A stretch of DNA of 63,480 nt, the filler included, from Choristocarpus tenellus KU-1152 (Eukaryota; Protista; Phaeophyceae): the NCBI GenBank assembly GCA_964200185.2. It is 8 parts of 8 records of this genome, joined end to end, with 100 filler letters (N's around TTAATTAATTAA, not from the genome) between each part and the next. Parts side by side here need not be neighbours in the genome. Positions count along the whole stretch, not along the records: positions 30,208 to 48,606 come from CAXNAD020000559.1; positions 48,707 to 52,107 come from CAXNAD020020284.1; 6 more parts are not named here. One strand, given 5' to 3'. Shown piece after piece: positions 38,542 to 49,671 of this stretch. Numbering within the stretch: the first letter of the stretch is position 1; every line of letters starts with the position of its first letter. The notes beneath the pieces are model-generated. The model ran no database searches. It was not told where the DNA came from and saw nothing but the letters and a program-made list of their open reading frames with translations. The position numbers were made by a program, and so were the translations under genes.

Positions 38542-41501
38542 GTGAGTGTTTTGTGGTCGGATTTAACCCTCTTGGTGGGCAGAACGCTGTGTTGGGCATA
38601 GAGTTTCATGTTGGATACAATTTTGATTTTCTGGTTGATGTGATCATTTAGTATCAGTTACGACTTTTTGATTTTACCTTTTGCGTGACACATGTAACTA
38701 GCAGTGTGGTTATTGTTAGGTTTTGTTTGGATTGTGACTTCTATGCATTGAATTGTTGCAAGCGATACATTTGGCTCCAAGTACTGATGGTGTGAAGGCA
38801 CAGGTGACCTAATTTTGGTCTTAATACTTGGTTGGCTACTCTCAACCTGGAGTGGTAAGTATTTCTATCCTCAGATGTTCTATTGTGCCTTATATTGCCC
38901 TACCAACTGTCTCGATCAAAACACTTTTCCCACTAAAAACATGTGATACTGAAGAAATTAAAAAGGAAAGAATGCATCACGTATGAAATTGAATCAACTC
39001 TAGCCCTGAAGTCAATTCTGACTGTAACCCATAATCATACTTTTCCTAGTAGAAAAGATCATCCTTTTAACATTATTTTGTTCTAAATGTATATTTATTT
39101 TGAACCAACCCCAAATATTACCTCAACGAACGTTTTTGATGATGAAACAAATGGACAAGAAATTAAGAAATTTAGCTCAAGATGAAAATATGGGTATATT
39201 TCCTACAGGACATAAATGGAGAAATGTGAAATAGATAGCATCAAATAGGTGTTTCTACCTTCATCCTGTTTTTTTTTGTCATCTAATAAATAAGAAAAAA
39301 TGGACAATAAAAAGTGGCAAAGGAAATCACCACAATCATCTCTAAATCAGTTTTTCTTTCTCTTTTCCCCAAAATATTTTAGGTCTTTCCCCTTTAATTT
39401 CCTCTTATTAAACTTCCATTTTCAAAAGATTATTTTAAAACTGAACTTCTACCCTAATCCGTAAATCAATGTATTGATTGTGAAAAGTAGGAGGAAATAT
39501 CATTTATTAACCTCATGAAATCAATCTACCCTCAACTGACCAATGTATTTTATGTAGCTTTTTTTGAGAAAATGTTACGAAAAGTGAGAAACAATAATGT
39601 TTAAAAAATAAATTAACCACTTCGGGTTCTCATAAAATTTATGTAGTGAAGAAATATCAACCCTACATCCTAACCGCAACCCATTATAATATGTGACTCC
39701 AAAAGGAAGCAAACAGGGAAAAATACAAAACGCCAATATAAAAATTACCTGAAGCTACGTTTTCATGTATACTCTTTAATTCTTGTGAAATTATGGTCAG
39801 GTATTGAAGCATATAAATCAAAGTAAGGGGTTTCTAAGAACCACCATATTATTATTTTTCTTTTAATTGTATTGTCTATTCCTTCTTTCTTTCTCCCCAA
39901 TAAAACTACCACAGAATGTCAGGTGTACTTTCTGACCTCCCCCCTTTTTAATTCCATCTTTCACGTTTTGTCAACCATGCTTCGTGTTATAAAATAAATA
40001 TAATACGTATCAATGAAAAAGCAGCACCAATCACGCAAAGCCCATTCTACCCTAAGCTGAACTCCACTTCTTCTTAGTCACATTCTCTGTAAGTCCAAGA
40101 AAGGAGATGGAAAAATAGCAAAAATAGATAAACAAAAGATAAAGACCTCCAAGAATATATTTTACCATTTGAAATGGCTTATTTTTTTAGTACATATAAT
40201 TACACAGAAAAAATTGGAACCCTCAACTCTCATCAAACTTCCAACAAAATTGTTGCATTTCTAGTTACAAATAAAAAAAGAACAATATCAATTAAATGAA
40301 CAACATGTCATTTCCACATTCAAGTTAACTTTGTTTTCAACAAGCCCAATATAAAGTACCAAAAATGTTGTCAAAAACAAGAATGTGCAGAAGTTAAAAA
40401 AATTGACACAAAATCCCCATTAAAGTTCCCTTTTTGATATCCAATATTTCTTTTTCCCACAAATAGATCCAATTTTAGGTAAAACTATGTATTTGTTCTT
40501 CAGTAATAGTGTCAGGGTTGTCGATATCGACATTTAATATGGTTTAGTTTTAAAACCCAAATTAATCATGCGAAAATATTACTTTTCTCTAGGTAGTGTA
40601 ACATCTTAGCACTAAATGCAACTTCAACTCTAAGCAATTGCATATGAGTTCCTCTGTGTATATTTTTCTATTAGCTATAGTTGTGGCATGCCGAAATTGC
40701 ACATCAGTTGTTAGAGCTTTTAGCTCAGGGTTCTACTAGAGTTCTGAGGTCTTGTTTGGGGATTCTCCATAATCCTGCAATTTAAAGATACTCTTGATTA
40801 TCACTACATTTGAACCGGTAGATATTGGTAACTATTGTCCGACCTCCCACTGATGATTTTCAATCTTCCTCGACTCCCAAGAAAAGATGTAGCCCATAAT
40901 TAAAAGTGTTGAAGAAACCCGATAAATATTTGAGAAAAGTTTCACTTCTACCCAAAGCTTGGATAAATTTTGTATGGTACATATTCTTCAATTCTCACCA
41001 AATATTAAAACATTACAAAAAGGACAAAAGAGGTGAGTTGCATCTATTCTTCTTGCCTCCAAATATATTTCAACATATATACCTGTCTACCTACTCATGT
41101 TAACTTTTCTCAATGTCCTGCCACCACAAAGAAGAGTACAAGGAAATCATAAGCGAACTTTTGAATGCTTCAGTATTTGTGCTTAATTTGTGACATGTTA
41201 CACAGTTCAAAACAAAAAATAAACAGAAAAACACCCACACCACCAAATGCTACTTTTGTATTATGTTTATCCAATAAAATAAAATGTCTTTTTTTGATAG
41301 TCTGGCTAACATGTAAAGATCAATGTCCACAATATATACTACATACATGTAAAAGAAGTGATTCTCTCGTAGTGTGTTCTGCATACCACATTCAGGTCAA
41401 CATTTTCATGCAAGAACAGAATACCTTTGGTATACACCACAACAAGAAAATGAGTTTTGCCATGTGACATCTGTGTAACACTGCAAAGTATCAATTATCA
41501 G

Positions 41502-41573
41502 GTAACATACCAGTGGCGCTGGGTAACCTCTCCTTGCTTGATAATATCTGGCTCTCCGACAACAAGCTCTCAG
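41502..41573 (+). CDS. LRR exon 5: (G)NIPVALGNLSLLDNIWLSDNKLS
   Basis: ttatcag|GT...TCAG|gtgagt; 72 nt, phase 1-1. Confidence 0.93.
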
Positions 41574-42796
41574 GTGAGTGTTTGGCTGTTTTCCATTTAC
41601 TCCGCGTAGTTGCGAGAATGCTGTGTGAGGAATACAAATTCCAGACTGGGTACTATTTGTTATCCTTTATTTATGTGAAGATTCAGTCAACAATGAGCCA
41701 TCAATTGTTTGGTAATATCCATTGATTGCAAAAGTATAACTATGAATAATATTTTCATATTAGTAAGTTCCATGTACTGGTGGGGTATGGGCTCACGCGA
41801 TGTATTATGTGGTCTCAAGATATTATTAGTCATTGCTACATGCTGAGAGGTGAATCTTTACAACAATTGTAAAATATGCTCTTGTACCCCATATGGTCAT
41901 ACCAGCGTTATTCATCCGTAAAATATCTCCATGAAAAACATTTGCTATTGAAGGGATTTGAATCAACAAGGCGAGAGCAAGAAAGAGCACAGTAGTTTGA
42001 TATGCCGCTAGAGATGTGCATGAATTGGGGGTGCTCTACTTCCTCGACTCGAGGAAAGCAGAGAAAAGCAAGCAAAGCTATTTATGAAATGTTTGTTTTT
42101 CTTGTGGTAAAAGACCCCAAAAATAGAAGGCTTGTGGGTAGGTACGTATGGTATAATGGAATATCTTCTGAAATATGATCAAATACACAAATTGAAACAA
42201 AGAAAGGTTATTATGATGTTATATGTGGCACTTTGTAGTTGGTTTGAGTTTTTTTTTTGTGAGATTTATACTGGGTTAGAAATCTTGGAATGGTTACAAA
42301 TTTCACCATCCCACTTGGGCCTTGTATTTTTTCCTTCTCTTCTGAAGTAGAACTGCAAGTGAATTTGAGATAGAGTTGAATCTGTCCTACCTACCAATTT
42401 AGAGACTCGCTGAAACCTTTTTCACACTATCCTACTACCACATAAGGAAAGCATGGAATGAAGGGAAGACCTACTTTTGAAATGTGAATCCCTGTGCTGC
42501 TGCTTGTACCAAACGTATTGATTGAAGAATAAGATAAAAATACGACAACTCCCAATACGTGAAACAACTCAACTACCTCTAACTCACCTCTTATTTTCAA
42601 AATCTGTTCTTTTTCATATTCTGGTTAATACATCTAGACCACTATATACATTTAAAGAATGTGGTTTTCTTTGATTATACTGTTCCTATCATAGTCTGGT
42701 CAAACCTTCTGATGCAAGAATTGTGTACCTTTTTAATATACAACTTTATGTTCAGCCATAAGACATGTGTATGACACCATAAATGTGTATTATCAG

Positions 42797-42868
42797 GTAG
42801 TATACCAGTGGAGCTTGGTAACCTCAGTGCGCTTCAAAAACTTTACCTGTCTTACAACCAGCTCTCTG
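42797..42868 (+). CDS. LRR exon 6: (G)SIPVELGNLSALQKLYLSYNQLS
   Basis: ttatcag|GT...TCTG|gtgagt; 72 nt, phase 1-1. Confidence 0.93.
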
Positions 42869-45397
42869 GTGAGTTTTTATTTGATTTACCCCCATTTTGT
42901 AAAGAGAATTTTGTGGGAAATCAAAATGTTGGATACTACTTTGATCTTCTGATCAGTATGAACATTGTGTATCACATACAGGTTTAGTATGTCACCTCTC
43001 GGTAATTTCTGTAAGTTGTACTACAACTACTGATAATATTGTTTGAATATATAATTTTATACACATCTTTGTAAGTAGTAATTTCCATGTTCTGGCCTTA
43101 TGAAGGCTCAGGTGATAAATTTATGGTCTCAAGATTTATCAACATATTACTGCATGTGGATAGGTGAATTGTTGTAGCAGTCCTTAGGCATCCCTCATTT
43201 TCTTGTACCCTTTAATGATATACGACCCTTGTTCCAACAGAATATGTTCTCATCAAAACATTATCGTTTTAAGGGGTCTGGCCTATCAAATATTTGCATG
43301 GAGTAAAAAAAAGTGGTTCCAATATCACCACAGGTTTCCATTCATTGAGAACTCCTACTGCAGGACAGAGTTCTGTCAGAAATGTTTGAACAAAGTTTTA
43401 TTTTTCCTCCCAAGTGTAATACACCAAAAAGAAGTGTGTGAAGGTAGGTGTGAATTGCTGAATCGGCCCTATTGCGAAAGAACATTGAGAGAAGAGAGAG
43501 GATTTGAATATTAGATAACTGTAAGGTATTGTGGCATTGTGTGTTTGGTTGTGGGTCTTTTCCCCTTTTTTCTCTTGTTTTGGATGAATGCAAAATATAT
43601 TAATCTGACAATAGTCTTAAGTCCCACCTCTCCACTTGTACCATTGACTACAAATATCGTTTAGATGTGCTATTGTGGAGGACACCCAAATGAGATTGCG
43701 GTGTTGTAATAGGCAGTGGAGATGTGGAGGACTTGCAATTATGAGGGTGTTATGTAGTTTTAACTCTAAACCCTACCCGCAATCTAAGATAGTAGTGAAC
43801 TTCAAGTATCAGTTCCACCTTAGACAACCTATTCTTGAACTGACCCTAAAATTGACCTCTTGCAAAGCCAAAATCACCAAAAATATACTTTTGTGTATTT
43901 TGTTTCTCACTCTTATCCTGAACCAACATTAGAATGTGCTACAGGTAGAAAAATAAATGATTATGTAGCACCAACCTCCAAAACTCATTTATAGGATCAA
44001 CTTGTTTATTTGGCCTACCTACCCACAGTTTGAATATCTGAAAATACAGGAGTTGAGGGAGAAAAATAAATAATGTTTTTAAAGTTACTATGTGTAGTCA
44101 CCTTTACCCTAAAATTTAACCTCATATTTTTTTCAAACAAAATTGATATAGTGTATTGTAAAGCCTAATTGTCCTAGTACAAAGAGAATACTTAGAACAC
44201 AAAATGCCCTTTCTGCTCTGAAGGTACCTCTCTTTTGAACTAATCAAAGTTGATATATACCCAGAGTTGTAGAGACGGAAAACGGAACAAAAGTGAGAAA
44301 TATAGAATGGGAACATAAAGAATATTTCATCCGTTAAAAACGAGATCTTTTCTAAACTTATCTTCTCTATTAAATGGCTAAATTAGGGCTACCCAAAAAT
44401 GTTGTTCGTATTTTTCAATGGAAAATGTACCATTACAACATTTTCAAAGGACATTTGGCAAGCAATGCCACCGTGAACTTATCTCTCAATTTAATTACCC
44501 TTGAGTTAATCTTTAGGAGTTGATAAAATATCCAGTTAATAAAACTTCAAAAACTCAGCAAGGTTTACTCTTTTTATAATCCTGTATCTTCACTCCTTCT
44601 CTTTCCCATCATTATAACTACTTCAAAATGCCAGGTCTAGGTCTACCAAGACCTTTCCTCTATTTTGAATTCTATCTTCAAACTTCATCCTAAAAAACCT
44701 AACCCATCCTCTAAACACTTCCTCAGAAGTTATTGCGTGTAACACATGAACTGTGAAATCCAGTGAAAAAAGAAAAAATCTTGAGAAACTCTCAAATCCA
44801 ACCGTAACTCTAACCTAGAGTCAGATGTGTTCAAGGTAAAAAAGGAAAATGGGGGTAGAAAGAGGAGAAATTTGAAAACTACTAAAGGTCTTGTCTACCC
44901 AACGTTTGCTTCATTTGTACATTGCATAGTTTCTATCCTTTCAAAAATGAATGTATGTAAAAAAAAGGTTTGAATTATATTCTTTTCCACATTAGGTCGA
45001 TTCTGCATACCTCCCTAACAGTAATTTTTTGGAGTCTCACACGATCACACAAATTTAAAATCTATTTTTAAATTTTCACTCTATTCACTTGTGTTGCAAT
45101 TCTAAAACGGTGAAAGAAATAGAAAACCTTCCACAATACAGTGTCAATTCTCCCCTAACCTTACCTCTTTCTAAGATCCATCAGTTCTTTCTCGTAGTCA
45201 GACTAATCTGATTAGACCACCCTGGATAATATATTCTACATTCATGTCAAAAATAGGCGATTCTCTCATCTTGTGGTCTGCATACCATAGTGAATTCAAT
45301 CATCTGATGTAATAACAGTGTACCTTAGAATACACCTCAACAAGATTGTGTTTTGCCATGAGACATCCGCGTAAACACTATAAGTGTATATGATTAG

Positions 45398-45469
45398 GTA
45401 AAATTCCTGCGGAGCTAGGCAACCTTGGTCAGCTCGTGTACCTCTATCTCGAGAGCAACCAACTCTCCG
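45398..45469 (+). CDS. LRR exon 7: (G)KIPAELGNLGQLVYLYLESNQLS
   Basis: gattag|GT...TCCG|gtaagt; 72 nt, phase 1-1. Confidence 0.92.
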
Positions 45470-46764
45470 GTAAGTGTTTTGCTGCTTGATTGTTCCCACT
45501 TGGTAGAGAGAAGGCTGTGTTGGTCATACAAGTTTCATGTTGAATAGTTATTTTATCCTCTGATTGATGTGGACATTTTGTACCAGTAGTGAGTCTTTCA
45601 AACTCACACAATATCTGTAAGTTGCAGTGGACCTGTTGATGATGCTGTCTCAATGGTGACTTCCATAATTGTTGCAAATGATTTATTTCCTTCCATCACT
45701 GTCAATGTGAAGGCTAAAGGTTATGTTTTTGTCAAGTTGCTCCTTGTCTCATGAGGTGTAATCATTATCATTGGCAAAGTGGAAAATATACAAATTATAT
45801 ACTTGTCAAAAGAGTGCGGTAAACTGAATGGTGGATGTGGGCATGATTGCTATGTTTTAATCTGGTTTTCCCTGTATTTCGAATGCATGGTTAAATCCTC
45901 TGGGGACTTGCGAGCAATATTATTAGGCGAACAATCTGCCTACCAACGAGTATCTGTGCCTCCCTTTATGCTGCATCCTCTTGAAATATGTCTTACCCAC
46001 ATTTCTGGTGTGGCGAGGTCATGCAAGTGCCTAATGTGTTACAATGGACACAGAATGCTATGGAATATAACTTGTTGGATGTAAATGTATGGTTGCAGAA
46101 GGTTGAGTATAATACCTCTCCGTCCTAAACATAGCCAGTTTACATTCCATGTTATTGATCTTGGGCTAGAGATTCAATCATTGATTCATGCAGACAACTG
46201 CCACTCTTTACTCAGTTATTGTCATCAATTTTAACGGTGAAAAATAGTTCATTTTGGAGAAAAAAAAAATGTGGTCACATAGGGGAATGATGTACACTGC
46301 GAAAGGATAGTGTTTAGTGTAATTGCACTTCAGCCTTCCTAGAAACGTTACATTCGTAGTGCACGGCGCTTAGTGCAAGTATCACACAGTCCCTTCCTTT
46401 TGTGCTGAGCTATAAAGAGTAGAACCAACAGGTGTAAACAATCCATTTTGAGGGTGGAACTGATTTTGGAGTGTTTCTTATCTTTTTTAAGGCTACCTTT
46501 TTGATCTTACGTATGGGAGATGTTCAAGCTATATGCTAAGGAGTGGTAGTTTACATACATATTCATTTTCATCACTTTGTGAAGTCCCTACTATCCTTCC
46601 ACAAGCATCACACTTGGTCATATCATAAACAGTGAGCCTCTATGCTTGTGTGATATTCTTACAGTCATACCTTTGAGTATTGTAATTTCCTTGTCACACA
46701 CCTGCCCTGAAGAATTTCAACTGTTTTCATTTCATCAATCATAAGTTTTGTTTCTTCACCTCAG

Positions 46765-48047
46765 GAGAGGTGCCTAAATCTTTACGAAATCACCGGAACT
46801 ACAGCAACTTTGTCATGGAGCTTCCTCTGGATGGGGCACCTGTGCCACCATGGAAATCTTGGCTGTCAATGGTACCTGCGTTGGGTCTTGGATACCTGGA
46901 CTTGGGGACTGACATATTTACGGCTGTATCGTACCTTCAGGACGATCACTACTTAATGTTTTGGCTAATCTTGCTGTTCGTGCTAGGGTCTGCCCTTATT
47001 GCGGGTCTCTTCTTTCTCCGCAATGAAGACTGGTCCAGGCGTGTGCTTGTGGTCCTGCACCTGGGCTTGGTTTGGGAAGCTCTTGTCTCATTTAATGACA
47101 AGAACTACTCACATCTGCTTGTAACACTTCGAGTAGTGGGGCCTCTGTATGAATCAGTGCCCCAGCTCATGTTGCAGCTCTATGCAATGCTAGTGGTCGG
47201 GAATGACACATCAGGTATTTCATTTATCCGATTTGTGTCCATTGCAATATCTGCTCTATCTCTAGCCTATGTCACTACAGGACTTCTTGCTGAGCGACCT
47301 CTGTCTGAACTGAAGGAGAAGCTCCAGAGTGGAGTTGAAGAGGCTGAAGGAGGTGGAGATTGGCTCACTGGGATCATGTTTGGAACTGTTCCAGCCTTAG
47401 GCAGAGTGAGCCTTGGTGCTATTGATATGCACCCCCAACATTTTGTGTGGATGTTCTTGTTATATGAAGTGTTTGAGATTGTGAGTAGATTCTTTTCACT
47501 TGCTCTCCTTGCATTGGTCCTGCAGGAATGGTTTATTCTTGTTTTGTTGTATCTTTGGCTCAGTCGTATGCTTATTTTGAAAGTATCAGGGGAGCTCCAT
47601 GTGCAAACCCAGCTGAGGCTGGTGGGGGTGCCATTCATGGACTCTGTTTTGGACAGCGCTTATACATTCATAGTTGCCGTGTTGATAACCCTGGTGGAGT
47701 TTGTATCCTGCATCTTGATCAGCAACATTGTATTCAATCGTGAAGATGTGAATCTTCCTCATGAGTCACACCAAGTTATCAGCACTGTAGCTATAGTCTG
47801 CATGGTTGGTAAGCTTGTAATTGCCTTCTTGATTGTGGTGCCATTTAAGTCCCTTGTATGGAATAGTCAGAGTGGGCGCTCCATATCACCACTTCAACTT
47901 GATGAACCTATTGCGACTGGAGGTCATTCAGTACAGAGAGTACGTTATTTCCTTGAGGATGCAGTGTCCGATTCTGATGATGAAGAGGAGATTGATGTTG
48001 ATGACTACAATGAGGACCGGATAGATATTGGTCCAGAAGAGTGGTGA
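46765..48047 (+). CDS. LRR-XK gene, large terminal exon: LRR cap (GEVPKSL), XK-related (Xkr) multi-pass membrane domain, acidic tail
   Basis: Strong acceptor ttttgtttcttcacctcag|GA, phase 1, in frame with the 425-aa ORF. About 10 hydrophobic segments. XK-family motifs YLDLGTDIFTAVSY, LRVVGPLYESVPQLMLQLY, SIAISALSLAY, EIVSRFFSLALL. Family assigned by motif recall, not by HMM. Confidence 0.85.
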
Positions 48048-49595
48048 GTTTTAGGTAGCACACAGCTGCACGATATTTTATATGGAGTATGTAGTTAAAA
48101 GGGCGATTAACCTCCAAGTTGGTTCAGATGAAAGCCATGGCTGGAGGAGGATGAATTTGATGAGGTGAACCTAAAAGTTTGATGAGGTGAACCTAAAAGG
48201 AGAGGTTCATCGGAGGATGCGTTTGGCTTGTTGATTTTTATTTGAAATGAGGGTAGGCGAGTCAACTGTGTGTGTACAACACTTAGCTGATAGTGGCATT
48301 GATAAAGGGAACTGAGATAAGTACAAATTCCATGTGTACTGGGATTAAAAGACAAAGGATAGGTCTGAGCAAAGGGAGACCCTGGAGAAAAGGGTCCCTT
48401 GGTGCATGCTTGAGTTTCATTGAATGATCGCATTTATTTTATCTTAATGAGGGTGTCCATTGACCCGAATTGAGGACGACATCCCTCCTGAACCTCAAGA
48501 TTACAAATTCTACGGTACGACCTCTTCTACTCTTCGCCACAACATAACAGTTAACAGCCTCTCAGCAAAATTGAGGATGGAGCAAACTATGGAGGATGGG
48601 TTTGACNNNNNNNNNNNNNNNNNNNNNNNNNNNNNNNNNNNNNNNNNNNNTTAATTAATTAANNNNNNNNNNNNNNNNNNNNNNNNNNNNNNNNNNNNNN
48701 NNNNNNCCCCCCTCAGATACTTTGATCCACAAATGTGGAGAAAATGGGCAGGGTTAGCAACTACTCCATGGTACTCAGTACTTTGGGTTAGGTACATAAA
48801 CAATTCTTGCACGGAGGGAACACACATGTTTTGTGCAGACAAATCTCAAAAGGAAGAAGATGGCACGAGACTATATAGAGTAACTCTATGATTGAGAGGA
48901 GCTAGCGTTCCCTTCCCTATTCCTAGTTATTAGACGACTGGAAAGGACGAGGTAAGAGGTGGGGGGCAAATATAGACAGAATGTTGATATGTCTAAGTTT
49001 TCTCACAAGTAATGTTGTGTAGTATCATATGACAGAAATGAGTTACCACCATAAATACAATTAAAACAAAGGTAATCAATGACGAAAACCGAGGGGTTGG
49101 AATATTGGAATCGATTTGTTGTTTTTCATAGACGGAGTAACAGCTACAGTCCAACTGTTGTTGTGCATGTAGAGCGTTTCCTGCCCCTCGATTATTAGTA
49201 CACTCCACGTACATACATTTCGAATATAACCATATATTGGAAGTTCGAACTGATCTAGACGGAGATTTATATACTTACTTCAAAGTACTATATACTACTA
49301 CTCACCAAATCTTTCCAACCACTAACACACTCATTGTCACTTTTTGATGCTTGGTATGGATGCAAGTCGGGGGGATTAGAGTTAGGGGAGGCAAGGGCAG
49401 ACTTTGAGGAACAGGATGGGGTGCAAAAACATGCTCTTGCAATTATTTGTCTGAGGTAGACATGGGACAAGAGAGATGATGCATGGATAACTGCCATCTT
49501 GATTGGGGTGTGGATTATTAGTGATGGATATAGCAGTCGGAGTGACTGCCAGGGTGAGAGTGGTAACAGGGTCAAGGTTGAAGCTGGTATTGCAC

Positions 49596-49671
49596 CTGCG
49601 ATTTCGCTCCTCTTACGCTTTTTCTCCTTGGTTTGTTTGACCTTTTGCATTTGCTGGAGCAGTTGTATCAT
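49596..49671 (-). CDS. Orphan gene B, putative exon 2 (MIQLLQQMQKVKQTKEKKRKRSEIA)
   Basis: tctag|ATG phase 0, GCAG|gtgcaa donor; in phase with exon 50357-50154. Confidence 0.4.

Noticed and set aside
31243-44820. Scattered CCCTAA / TAACCCTA words as interstitial telomere repeats
   Set aside because: Single or double units only; no array.
30297-45469. Spaced conserved repeats as a CRISPR array or DGR template/variable repeats
   Set aside because: The repeats are kilobases apart, protein-coding and bounded by GT-AG. Differences are not adenine-specific, and no cas gene or DGR reverse transcriptase is present.
46770-48047. Stand-alone 425-aa gene starting at 46770
   Set aside because: The start is GTG just after a strong splice acceptor; it is better explained as a terminal exon.
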